NCBI GenBank assembly: GCA_951406725.2 | Contig: OX597820.1 | Location: 81,220,001-81,284,000, forward strand | Reading direction: 5' to 3' | DNA: 64,000 bases | Origin: Octopus vulgaris | Lineage: Eukaryota | In this document: positions 40,871-56,829 of the stretch, one piece after another | Layout of the letters: each line of letters starts with the position of its first letter | How positions within the stretch are numbered: the stretch's first letter is position 1 | Translations under genes and position numbers: made by a program | The notes under the pieces: model-generated | Database searches by the model: none | What the model was told of the DNA's origin: nothing | The model's input: the letters and a program-made list of their open reading frames with translations, nothing else

Positions 40871-42014
40871 GTATTTTAATTACTGTACCAAAATATGATA
40901 AGCAAATTTGGCTAATCAGAAACATTTTTATATCTTTAGTAAAAGATATATATATAAAAAAAAAAATTAAAATATGTAAAATTAATTTTAAGAAAAAATG
41001 TTCGAAAATTTATTTGAGATGAAGCAGATCATGAAATCATTAGAAATTCTTTAATGAGAATTCGGATATTCTAACTTTACCTTCCATCAACTTTGAGAAA
41101 TTATTAATTTTTATTATTTTCCCTTTTAGTTTAGAAATTTTAACTATGTGTTTTTTATCTGCAATTTGTTAGAAAATTTTTGGAAAGTTTATGAGTAGAT
41201 GAAACACACACACACATACATGCATGCATGCACGTGTGCACACAGACACACACACAAATTCTGATATTTTAAACATGATCAATCATTCAAAGTTTCTTAT
41301 ATCATTGAATATAGGTACAAACTTCTATTAATGAGAAAGCTGATCATCACAAATGATAAAAATGGCTGTTTCAAAACATTAGCAATTATCTATAGTCAAC
41401 CACTCTATAACAGTTCCATAATAGATATATAAAACCCTCAAATTACAATTAACACAGTTAATACATGTTGAAATAGGCTAAATAAAATGAAAAATATTTA
41501 GGAAGCTAAGATACCTTGCTCTTTCTAAACCTTTTAAATATCATTAAAGCCAGCAGAAAAAGTTAAAACAAGTGGGAAAAAAATTACTATAAAGTGCATT
41601 TTCAGGGGGACTGCACAAGGAATAATTTAATTTTGAAAAATATATCAAAAATCAAGTATGAAATATATATATAAATGAATCTCATGGTTTACAATTGTAT
41701 ATTGTGGTCAAGAGATAGAACTGCAAAAATATGAAGTGAAAATCAGGAAATAAAACTGTAACCGAGTAAATGACTGTTTAAAGATGAAATGAAAGTTGAA
41801 TACTTTGTCTTGTATAGAGCAATCGATTTTCAACAGATCCCACTACAGCACATGAATTTTAAAACATATATTCGCTTTAACAATAGCAATACTTGTGAGT
41901 TGTTTTTGTAGAAATAAATAGGAAATTTAATCAGGTAAAAGTTTCCAATCATTTAGTATAATAGGTAGAGTAATTCAATGTTTTAATAAAGAATACTACC
42001 ACTACTACTACTAC

Positions 42015-42395
42015 TAATAATAATAATAATAAAAATAATGGCATCAAATTTTGACATGAGGTCAGCAATTTTAGGGAAAAGCACAAGTCGATATTTATTT
42101 CTTTACTACCCACAAGGGGCTAAACACAGAGGGGACAAACAAGGACAAACAAAGGGATTAAGTCGATTACATCGACCCCAGTGCGTAACTGGTACTTAAT
42201 TTATCGACCCCGAAAGGATGAAAGGTGAAGTCGACATTATCAACCTCACTGCTTGACAGATACTTATTTTATCAACTCTGAAAGGATGAAAGGTAAAGTT
42301 GACCTCAGCGGCATTTGAACACAGAACATAAAGCCGGAAGAAATTCTACCAAGTATTCTGTCCTGCATGCTAATGATTCTGCCAGCTCACCACCC
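42015..42395 (-). mobile_element. tRNA-derived SINE (family B) with a nested partial related copy
   Basis: A-box TGGCAGAATC, B-box GTTCAAAT, core ctttcatcctttcggggtcgataaa; (TTA)n tail. Confidence 0.8.
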
Positions 42396-42803
42396 TAATA
42401 GTAGTAGTGGTTACAATAATAACAACAATAATAGTATATATATATATATTTATATATATATATATATTTCTGCATAAGAAAACACTATAAATTATATGAA
42501 TAATAGTTTAGAATAATTTAAAATTCTTTTTTTTTATATATATATGTTTCATCATATTCCAATTTAAAATTAATCTCTGTACATTTCATTCAAATAGTTT
42601 TTAAACTGCAAACTTGATATGATTTTAAGATATTTTTTCTTCACATTTTACAAATTAGAATGTCAAAACCATCAAAGTTAAATAATTTTGCTGAAATACA
42701 TTTTTTTATATACAATCCTATTTTTTAAAAAACTCATTATAATGATAAAATACCAAGACAAAAAATACACATAAAATCATGAGCAGGATGAATATTAGTG
42801 AAG

Positions 42804-42915
<112 letters not shown>

Positions 42916-43013
42916 TGAAATAATTAACTGATGCATAGTGAAAGGAGGGAATTGGTAAAAATTACAAGCGTGATGTAAAGAAAAGTAGAGGTAGACAAGT
43001 TAAAGAATCTTAC

Positions 43014-43060
43014 CTTGGTCTTCTTATAACATACTCACAAACCTCATTGGGAGCTGTCAT
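43014..43060 (-). CDS. Probable first coding exon of an unidentified host gene (MTAPNEVCEYVIRRP-)
   Basis: actATGa context, in-frame stops upstream, strong donor AAG|GTAAGA; lies in unique, non-repeat sequence. No homology recognised. Confidence 0.45.
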
Positions 43061-45217
43061 AGTAATGGAACTATCTCTACGTTCACATACCCCCTTGCAC
43101 CAAAGTGCAGCCCGACCTCTCAGGCAGGAAATAGCGACGTGGGGCAGCGTGGTGACCACAACAACAAGTAGTGATAATAATTATATTTAGCATAAAAAAC
43201 AAAGAAACCATCTGCTGCAACAAGGGGTGATGGAATAATATTGGTAGTTGTTGATAAGTATCCTGTTGGACTTTTGGTCAGACAAATGACCACTAAGCAT
43301 AACAGCGGAGATTTTTGTAGTTGTTGGACAGCAGTAATCAACAGCGACAATGATCAGTAAAGATGTAAACTAACAGGCACGTACAGCAACCACCACCATC
43401 ACAATGACAATAACAACCACAGTTCATGCAGTTTAGGTACTTAATCTTCGCGGCGACCATCTGATAAACCTATAGCTGAATTATATAACATCATTCACAT
43501 ACAGGCCTTTGTAAACTAAGCACACACACACACACAAGCACACATGCAGCTTGCATATAGCTAGCAAAGACACTGCAATACATGCAGTGTCACATTTGAG
43601 TCATAGCCTCCTGATAGCAACAGCAACAACAACAAGAAAAGTTAACTAGTCAAGTAAATCTGATTTCTCCCATCCATCTTGTTGTGTTCAATGTAAAACT
43701 AAATGTTGCATGCCAGGGAGGAACCCAAAGACGTATATAGCAAGCACTGAGTTGGAAAGGAGATGTAACATCAGCATCAGCAATAGTAACAATTGCAGCA
43801 GCAACAGCAGCAGCAGCTGCTGCTGCTGCTGCCACAGGTAGTGTTGACTCCCTTTATTGACTAGATTTTCACTTGTGTCTTATGAAGCAGTTTTATCACA
43901 AGTGAGAACATTTGGTTGAGTGAGAGAAAAAAGCCCCGGCAACTATCTCAGTCCAAACTCACAGCAGCACATATACAGGATTGTACATTTTATACACACA
44001 CCTATAATATATACACATGCATATACATACATTTATACACAAATATACACACTCATCTAAAAAGAAACACACACACACACACACACATATGTATATATGT
44101 ATCTATGATTGTACATATATCCATGTGTGTGTGTGTGTGTGTGTGTGTGTTGTGTGTGTTCACTCATGTGTGTTTGTGTGTGTGTTTGTGTGAGTGTGTG
44201 TGTTTGTGTGTGTGTGTGCGAGTGTGAGTGTGCATGTGTTTATCTGTTTGTCTGTATGCATATATGTATGTATACACATATACATACATAAATACGGACA
44301 CATTAAATAGGGCTCTAGTAAAATAAATTACAAATCTGAAATTATCCGACTTAATAAGGATGAAAATTTAATTTTGAATTAATGCTTAACATCCTTAATT
44401 AAAATATGTAATTAAAGATGATGTGAGACACAATGCAAAATTGGAAGAAATATTTCTTTAAGAAATGCAGACAATTAATTAGGGGACGACTTTACTTGTC
44501 CTTCAGATAGGTAGGTAGCAGATGTCAGTGTCTGGAAAATTGATAATGTACAGACAATCACCACTGATAGAAATAAACCTCCAACTAGCAGCAGCAACAA
44601 CAGCAGCAGCAAGTCTGTCACTGTTTAATATCCCCCACTGTGTTTTGTAGCTTGGCTATTTTTAGAAAATTCTGCTTTAAGAACAAATATATTTTTTAAC
44701 AGGTTTCTAAACTCGGTCCTTTCTAATTCTTAGCAGACATGAGAACCACTGTGTTATATCTATAGTAATAATTAGTTAATATGTAAATATATGAAAACCT
44801 TGAAAATTTTATCATAGCTTTTTGGGGTGGGTGGGGGGAATGTACAAAATGAACTAAAGTCCAACTTTAGTCATATTTAATTTAACTACCAATACAAGAA
44901 TGATTAATCAAAATTAAAATAATAATAAAAATTACATTGTGGAACAGTCATTTTGGTCATCTAATATGCACAAAAAATCTAAAAAAAAAATCACTTTATG
45001 TATATTTCTTGAGTTATTAAAATCTTCGTAGCATAATGACCTGGACACAAGACAGTTCCAAAAGACCTGCAGTGTAACTGTTTCAGTGACCAGGTCAAGT
45101 ATGTGTGGCTGAAACGTATCCATATTATAAAATAAATAAAAAATACCTTCATGCACTTTTGTGCTTTCTTAGATAAGTAGAATGGCTCTTCCACAAGGTA
45201 AATGCTTCAGTTTTAAT

Positions 45218-45560
45218 AGGTATAGCTTTGTGGTTAAGAAGTTAATATTGCAACCATGTGGTTTTGGGTTCAGTCCCACAACATGACACCTGGAGCAAGT
45301 GTCTTCTATAGCTCCAGGCCAACCAATGCTTTGTGAATTCATTTGGTAGAAGGAAACTCTGTGTGTGTGTGTATGTGTATGTTTGATGTGTCTTTGTGTT
45401 TGAGCCATCCTGCTTTAGCAAACTTAGTGGTTGAACAAAAGAGATCAATAAAATAAGTACCAGACATAGAAAATAAGAACTGGGGTTGATTTGTTCAACT
45501 AAAACTCTTCAGAGCGGTGCCCAAGTATGGTCATAGGCCAATGAATGAAATAAGAAAAAA
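45218..45560 (+). mobile_element. tRNA-derived SINE (family A), older copy
   Basis: B-box GGTTCAGTCC, body and tail similarity. Confidence 0.8.
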
Positions 45561-45626
45561 AAAGGCAAAAAGAGAAAGATACTGTCCCAGGTCAAATCAC
45601 TTGCAAAGCAAATACGACTCTGAATA

Positions 45627-45862
45627 ATATTAATAATAATTCTGTCCACTATAGGTTCAAGGCCAGCAATTTTGAAAGGAGGGGGAAGTCAATTACATTG
45701 ACCCCAGAGCTCAACAAGTTTTTATTTTATGACCCCTCCTAGCAAAGATAACCTCAGTATAATCTGAACTCAGGATGTAAAGAGACAGAAGAAATGCTGT
45801 TAAGCATTTTGTTTGACGTGCTAAAAATTCCATCAGCTTGCCACCTGATGATGGTGATGATG

Positions 45863-45896
<34 letters not shown>

Positions 45897-47150
45897 GTAA
45901 ATATAAAGACCTGCTAATGGAAATTGAAAAAATGTGGCATCTCAAGGCGACTACAGTACCAGTGATTGTAGGATCTCTAGGAATGATAAAAAAAGGCACT
46001 GAAACCTATTTGAAAATGATTCCCGGCTTACCATCCCTACAGGAAGTGCAAAAAATCGTATTAACTGGAACGGCTCATGTACTGAGAAGAGCACTATTGC
46101 TGTGAAAATAACATCCATCCATGAATTTATTTATTTATTAATTTTTAAATACATATGTTATCTGTGAATTTGCACGTGTAATCTGGGAATGCATACAATG
46201 CCCTTCTCTGCCCTAGGTGTATGGAAAACACTCGGCGAGAAACGGAAGAAAATTTGAAGAAAGAAGGAAAAAACATAATAATAATAATAATGGTTTCAAG
46301 TTTTGGCACAAGGCCAGCAATTTTGGGGAAGGGGGTTATATGATTATATTGACCCCAGTACTCAACTAGTATTTATTTTAGTGTCCCAGAAAGGATGAAA
46401 GGCAAAGCTGACCTCAGCAGAATTTGAACACAGAACATGATGGATGTAATGCTGCTAAGAATATTGTTCAGTGTGCTAATGACCCTACCAGCTCACTGCC
46501 CTAATAATAATAATAATAATAATAATAATGATAATAATCCTTTCTACTAAAGGTACAAGGCCTGAAATTTGGTGAGGAGGGGACTAGTCAATTACACTGA
46601 CCCCAGTGTTTCATTGATACTTAATTTATCGACCCCAAAAAGGATGAAAGGCAAAGCCAAACCTCAGCGGAATTTGAACTCAGAATGTAACAACAGGTGA
46701 AATACCAGTAAACATTTCATCCAGCATGCTAATGATTCTGCCAGCTTGTTGCCCTAATAATAATAATAATAATAATTTCTTTCTACTGGAGGCACAAGGC
46801 CTCAAATTTGGGGAAAGGGGACAAGTTGATTACATTGATCCCAGTGTTTCACTGGTACTTAATTTATTGATCCCAAAAGGATGAAAGGCAAAGTCGACCT
46901 TGGCAGAATTTGAACTCAGAATGTAGTGGTGTGTGAAATACCACTAAGCATTTTGTCCAGCGTGCTAACAACTCTGCTAGCTTGCCACCTGAGATAATAA
47001 TAATCCTTTCTACTATAGGTATAAGGTGGTTAGTTGATTTCATCAACTCCAGTGCTCAACTGGTATTTATTTCATCAGCCCTGGAAGGGTGAAAGACAAA
47101 GTTGACCTCAGCAGAGTTTGAACTCAGAACATAAAATTGGAAGAAACAGA
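45627..47150 (-). mobile_element. Head-to-tail array of five family-B SINEs
   Basis: Repeated gaccccag..aaaggatgaaaggcaaagt.gacctc.gc.gaatttgaactcagaa units separated by (TAA)n. Confidence 0.88.
45895..46276 (+). mobile_element. R4/Dong-clade non-LTR retrotransposon 3' end (RLE domain tail) in (TAA)n
   Basis: KYKDL..EI..MW....VPVIVGSLG...QK.VL.GTA.VLRR; (TAA)n on both sides. Confidence 0.85.
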
Positions 47151-47759
47151 AGTAATATTACTATTGAAAAAATAATCTTAATTTGGATACTGCATTATTT
47201 ACTTGTGGTGTATGAGTCCTTATGAGGGACTCCCTGAAGGTAGATAATGCAGTATTCACTGTTCTAACACAACCCCCAAGTTAAGAAGCATAATAATCTT
47301 CATTGTGTTAGTTTTAGTTGTGCTCCTGAATCATCAATATCAATTTCTTGTATCTGTAATTCCAGTAAAAAGCAAAACCCACAGTCAGACTTTTATTAAT
47401 GCTTCTTTTAGAATAATCTAACTCTGGACATTAAAAATGTCATTAAGGTTGTTTTTAATCTCAGGTTTACAGCAATATTTGTTCAAGTATCTTATATGTC
47501 AAAGAAAACTAAACACAAAACGTTTGTGTTGCATTTGAAATAATTTCCATTATAAGAAACTACACATAGCAACCTATATTTTACTAATATTATCTATCTC
47601 AGATAATTAGTACTAAATGGTCATGTTTAATCTGGCATAAATTAAAAACCAAAACTTAAAAATTCAGGAAGGAAATAATTAGAATAATTACTTCTCTAGG
47701 AAGTTCTGCTGAAATTGTAGTATAAACAACTTTAATTTGTATTCACTTTTCTTTTTTGA

Positions 47760-48020
47760 TCAGACTATCAGATGTCCTGATACACAGCTGGTCATCTTGT
47801 ATGTCTATTCTTCCCTTGATTGCACCCATCCAGTCTATTTAGACCCAAATTATTTAACTATTTCATTTTCCCATTGTCTTAGAGGTCTTCCAAGTGGTCC
47901 CTTCTAATCTGCTGGGTACCATTCAACAATTGCATGAGTCTGTATGTTGAATGCAAACTTTGCAACATGTTCATTTCAGTGGAACTTGTGCTTTCACTAT
48001 TCCATAATTATGCCATTCAT
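47760..48020 (-). mobile_element. Old RTE-like LINE C-terminal fragment (different family)
   Basis: HVAK...IVEWYP...PLGRPLRQWE. Confidence 0.6.
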
Positions 48021-48257
48021 TCTACTCTGTTCTCAAATTACTAGCTTTGGACATGCAAATCAGAGGAGTGTTAATAGCTCACCACTTACATAGTTGCTAC
48101 ATTTCTAGTCAATAATAATCACCACTATCATTTTAATGTCCAATATTCCATGCTTGCATGGGTCAGAAGAAATTTATTAAAGCAGATATTCTACAGTCAG
48201 ACAACATTCCTGTCAGTAAATCTCACTTATTATCGGGTAAGATAATACTTCCTCATT

Positions 48258-48724
48258 CCGTACCAGTGGCACATAAAAGGGCACCATTTGAGTGTGATCA
48301 TTACCAGTGTCGCCTTACTGGCACTTGTGCCTGTGCTAGTAGGGTGCCAAGAGCACCATCCGAGCCTGATCGTTACCAGAGCAGCCAACTAGCTCTGTGC
48401 CGGTGGCATGTGAAAGGGCACCATTCGAGCGTGATCATTACCAACGTCGCCTTACTGGCACTTGTGCCGGTGGCAAGTGTAAAAAGATTCAAGCAAGGTC
48501 ATTGCCAGTACTGTCTGTCTGACTGACCCCATGTCACTGGCACGTAAAAAGCACCCACTACACTCTCGGAGTGGTTGGCGTTAGGAAGACCATCCAGCTG
48601 TAGAAACTCTGCCAGATCAAGATTGGAGCCTGGTGCAGCCGTCTGGTTCGCCAGCCCTCAGTCAAAATCGTCCAACCCATGCTAGCATGGAAAGTGGAGG
48701 TTAAACGATGATGATGATGATGAT
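48258..48724 (+). mobile_element. RTE 3'UTR fragment with variant tandem units and (GAT)n tail
   Basis: gtgccggtggca..gcacc units and the terminal motif. Confidence 0.9.
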
Positions 48725-48881
48725 TCCTGGACATATTTTCACAGAAAAGAAACTGGAAATAAAGGACACTGTTTGTATTACAGTGATGCTTGTTTACAGC
48801 TGTCATGCAATGTCATGACAAGAAGACACAAAGAAGCACTCCACCCCATATATAATTACATATATATATGCAGCATGGAAT

Positions 48882-48932
48882 TTTGTTAGTGAACAGGTCA
48901 CAGTCTCAAAGTGACGAAAATATTTTAGCAAA
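48882..48932 (+). ncRNA. Candidate type-I hammerhead with swapped G3-C8 core pair
   Basis: TTTGTTA-GTGAACA-G-GTCAC-agtctcaaa-GTGAC-GAAA-ATA-TTT-TAGCAAA. Confidence 0.6.
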
Positions 48933-49182
48933 TTAAATTTAAATGTTGAAGCGAATCTAACAGTTTTTCTGTTTTTAAATGGCTTATAAACACCTTCCAT
49001 GCTGTAATTGTTTTCGTTTCAGCACACAATCTCAGATCAGGTCACTTGCTTTGCAGGATGAATTACAGTTAACATGGAAAATTCAATAAACAGTTACCAG
49101 GGTAGCAAAATTCATGCAAATAACAAGGATGAAGCGACCTATTCAAAGGTAGAAACTCCAGGTTGATATGCAGTAATTTGTG

Positions 49183-49448
49183 TAGTATAAGTAAATAAAA
49201 GGAGTTGAACGCAGATGCTATTCAAATTCTTTTACTTTCGACATATGTTTCGAAGACAACATTATGCAGTCATCGTAATTGTTATAATGTCTTGATGTTG
49301 AGATAGGCTCTCTTTCTTTCCTGATAAAAAGATTACATCTTACACCGTTTATTCCTTTGGAATAAAACCAATGTTGTCTTCGAAACATATGTCGAAAGTA
49401 AAAGAATTTGAATAACATCTGCATTCAACTCCATTTATTTACTTATAT
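49183..49448. repeat. Foldback with ~80-bp near-perfect inverted arms
   Basis: 49186-49263 is the reverse complement of ~49370-49447. Confidence 0.9.
49316..49398 (+). ncRNA. Type-I hammerhead, G8A (probably inactive)
   Basis: CTTTC-CTGATAA-[aaagattacat...atgttgtcttc]-GAAA-CATAT-GTC-GAAAG; palindromic ACATATGT. Confidence 0.68.
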
Positions 49449-49459
49449 ATATATATATG

Positions 49460-49848
49460 CTCTTTACTTTTTTACTTGTTTCAGTCATTTTGACTGTGGC
49501 CATGCTGGAGCACCACTTTTAGTCAAACAAATTGACCCCAGAACTTATTCTTTGTGTAAATCTAGTACTTATTCTATCGGTTACTTTTGCCGGACTGCTA
49601 AATTTTGGGGACAAAAACACACCAACATCGGTTCTCAAGTAACAGTGGAGGGACACACAAATACATGCACACAAACACACACACACAAATACGGTGGGCT
49701 TCTTTCAGTTTCCGTCTATTAAATCCACTCACAAGGCTTAGGTTGTTCTGAGGCTATAGTAGAAGACACCACACGGTGGGACTGGACCCGGAACCATGTG
49801 GTATGTGGTTAGGAAGCAAGCTTCTTACCACACAGCCACTTCTGTGCC
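49460..49848 (-). mobile_element. tRNA-derived SINE (family A)
   Basis: A-box and tail similarity. Confidence 0.85.
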
Positions 49849-49874
49849 TTATATATATATATATTGTTGTGATT

Positions 49875-50431
<557 letters not shown>

Positions 50432-51145
50432 AAACACCAAAGTTGACATGGCCCGCAGAATGTGTTCCTGGATTCTCAGAACTTTCCAGTCGAGAGATAT
50501 CCACACCATTATCCTTCTCTTCTCCACTTTTGCCCGACCCCACCTTGAATACTGTTGTCCACTGTGGTCTCCCCACACAATACAAGGTATCAAAAAGTCG
50601 AAGCACCTCAAAGGGCAATCACAAAAAAGATAGATGGCATGACAGGCCTCGACTATTGGGGTCGACTAGAAAAGCTAAAACTCTATTCTCTCCAACGTCG
50701 TCGTGAGCGCTACATCATCTGCATGATGTGGAAAATATTCCATCAGCATTGCCCAAATGATGTTGGCATCACCTTTAAGGTACATCCAAGGCTTGGGCCC
50801 CGTGCCATCCGCCCAAAACAAAAATCGCACTCTCATCTCATAACAACAATACGGCACAATTATTTCACCTCAATTGGCCCCGCTCTCTTTAACATTACAC
50901 CAAAACACATTAAAACAGAAACTGACCCTATAGGGTTCAAGAAGTCTTTGGACAGATTCCTTCAAGAAATCCCGGATAAACCCCCTACACCCGGATATGT
51001 CTCTGTAAACAATAACTCTCTACTTGAGTGGGCCATAGTGCCCAAATTCTGACTTGAAAGACTTCACCAGGTGGTGCTATTAAGTTAGACATGGCCTGGG
51101 CCAATAATGGCCGAAACCTATCAAAGTATATCAAAGTATCAAAGT
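50432..51145 (+). mobile_element. CR1-group LINE 3' fragment in (TA)n
   Basis: [32 protein letters not shown]; tail of tatcaaag repeats. Confidence 0.9.
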
Positions 51146-53906
<2,761 letters not shown>

Positions 53907-53912
53907 GAGAGA

Positions 53913-54073
53913 GAGTGTGGCATAGCTGTTTGGTAAGAAGTTTGCTTCCCAACCACATGGTTTTGGGTTCAGTTCCACTACGTGTAACCTTGGCAGACCA
54001 AAGCCTTGTGAGTGGATTTGATAGACAGAAATTGAAGGATGCCTATTATATGTATATGTGTGTGTGTGTGTGT
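53913..54073 (+). mobile_element. 5' part of a family-A SINE
   Basis: A/B boxes. Confidence 0.75.
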
Positions 54074-54074
54074 A

Positions 54075-55190
54075 GTTGAAATTTATAGAAAAGCAAAAGA
54101 TGAAGACAGATGTATGAACAACAAGCAGGTGTATTAGTTTGACGTTCTGGAAAGTGATAAAGTTTTGTATGTTTTGAGCCTATGCTCTTTTACAAAAAAG
54201 AATAAGAGACATTAAACAGAGAAAGAATAAAAAGAACTTGTGGATTTAGTGGTCAATCATGGTGACTGATAAGGAAAAAAGTTTGAAAGGAGAGATAATA
54301 AAGTATTAGTGAACCCAAAATGAAGGTGTGCATGTGTGTGTGTATGTGAGAGTGTGTGTGTGTGTGTGTGGATAGGGGCTAGTGACTTTGACGTGTGTGG
54401 GTATGTGTATCTGTAATGTGTGGCTGCTCATATAGCAGTATGTGTGTGGTGACACTATTGAAGATTGTGTATGGGTGTATGGATGATGGTGTGTGGTGTA
54501 GTTGCTGGGAAGTGGTCAGTACTAGTGTGTGTGGAGTGGTGTGGGGATAGGGGTGTGGATATCAATGAAGAAAGAAGTAAGAGTGAAGAAAGGTAAGAGT
54601 GAAGAGAGGTAAGAGTGAAGAGAGGTAAGAGTGAAGAGAGGAAGTAGGTGTCAGATGAAGAGAGGAGAGGAGGGGAGTCAGATGAATAGAGGAGGTGAGT
54701 TGAGCCCATGTGGTGCAAAGGAGTGAAAAGAGAAGATTAATTTCCGTTCATGGTGAAGGTGGGAGTCTCAATGGCCCTGTGCAAAGACAGTCCAAACACT
54801 GACAGGTGTTGTAGTGAATGACCGGTAGAGCAGAAATGATGCGAGACCAGGGTGTCATTGCCAAATCTGATGTCTCGGAGGTACACTGTGAACCAATCAG
54901 CCAAGTGGTGTCCCATTTGGCTGATGTACAGAGAAGGGCAGAAAGAGTAGGAGATGCAGTACATGACATTGCTAGAAGTGCAGGTAAAGGAGTTGGTGAT
55001 ATGATAGGGACAATGATGGGTGCCTGTGAGGATGGTGGTGTTGGAGAGCTAGGGGCACATACAGCAGCATGGGTGGGAGCAGGGGAACTAGCCAGGCTGG
55101 GAGGTGGAGTTTTAGTGGGCTTGTGCAGGAGATTGCCTCATCTTAGGTCTTACTTGGTGTCCCTCTTCAATAAATACTGTTGAACACTTA
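54075..55190 (-). mobile_element. Older copy of the Penelope-like GIY-YIG family at 27730
   Basis: YCISYSFCPSLYISQ..LADWF...SHHF..TGHSLQHLSVFGL. Confidence 0.88.
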
Positions 55191-56829
55191 GAAATTTTTT
55201 TAGGCAGTAGTCATCTTTCATTCACATCTCATGTCCATACCAGTACAACCTCTTCTCCTGCACTGGATTCCTATTATATCATTTTGTTTCTCACTTCATT
55301 AATACTTAGTTATTTGTGCACACCCTTTGACTTTGAGGGAGCGCTTTTTAGCCAGTAGCGGTAATAGCTCACTGAACTCTCTCCAATCTGGTAACTACAC
55401 TTTTAAAAGACTCATGTCCTACTGTTAATTAGGTCACATAGGTAACAAAAGGTGTCAACTACATCTAAGGAGTCATTGGGGCATTTCAAGGTATCAATTT
55501 CCCAAATACTCTTAGTGCTTATTACTCTGCATATAACATCTACTTTCTCTGCTTGCCTACATGTGATCCCATTTCACCTTTTATCTGTCCATTGTTTATA
55601 CTGAGTACGCCTTATTGAATTTCTACTGACTTCTTTTCTGAAAACAGAGCATGGTCATTTCACTGAAGCTACAAAGGTCCTGCCTTCCTTCTTACTTATC
55701 AAAATTTTACTTTTGCTTAGTTTACTTTAAGACCCTTTAATTCCAGGTTTGGTTTCCATGACTGGAATTTCTGCTTCAATTCTTTTATAGATTCTGCTAT
55801 AAGAACTAAGTTCAAAGCATACAAAAATTCACAATGGCAGTTGATTTTTAAAATCCCCTATTATGGCTTGGGGGACTATAATAAACAAGGTAGGCTGAAA
55901 ACTGAGGTACCTCTCCCTGGTATCTCATCCAGACTTATCATGTTTATAACCAGTTTTGTAATAACTCTTTCTGTAACTTTTACAACCTGGGCCAAACATT
56001 TATGGAAATGATAAATTATTATTAGTTTTCTTTATGAAAGAATTTTAGCCCATTTCTTTCTCTTGTCTTTTATGTCAGTTCTTTGATTTAAAATGAAGAT
56101 AGCTTATGAAATCAGAGATTTTTATATTAAATAAGATATTCTTTGTAATATGAAAATAAACTGAACTTGGTTTTCTTGAAAACATATTTCAGAATAAAGG
56201 AAAATGAATACATCAGTTACAGAAAGTATTTCTTTGAAACAGCCTATCAATCTTTTATGTCCGATACATGTCAGTATGGAAGAATAGATTTATGATGAAG
56301 ATGATGATGATAATAATAATGAAGAAGATGCCATAAACATTTAAACTTAATCAAATCTTACACAAAACAAGAAACCAAAATTACCCTTAAAACAAGCAGA
56401 ATTACTAATTAGTTTTATTACTTTCTCAATAAGATAATAATTTGATTAGACAGAAATTTCATAAGTAAATAATGATTGCTTTTAATGAGACACATGGTAA
56501 AGATATCAATTCAGTTGACTACAATATATTACTGGCTCAATGTACAAATAGGTTTTTTACTCCAGGACTACAGCTGTTCAAAACGATCAATTCTTTTGCA
56601 AAAGTACAAGACCCATACACAGTGTGTTAAGAGGGGTGGAAGAAATAGTGAATTAATATGTTGCAATATATTATTGCTTGTAGTACACTACTGATACATA
56701 TTTATCAATTAGATAAGGATTTGAAGATGGAAGGTAAAAGTAACTATTGCAAGACAATTAGTCTTTCACTCTTTCATTAGGTCTTCAAAGTATCAGTGGT
56801 GATAGTTTATGACAAATTTACAGTTATAA

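Noticed and set aside
41068-41100. Minus-strand microexon (donor-like AAG|GTAAAG)
   Set aside because: Weak acceptor; expected by chance in AT-rich DNA
43650-43835. Poly-Ala ORF
   Set aside because: GTG start in a triplet repeat, no domain or splice support
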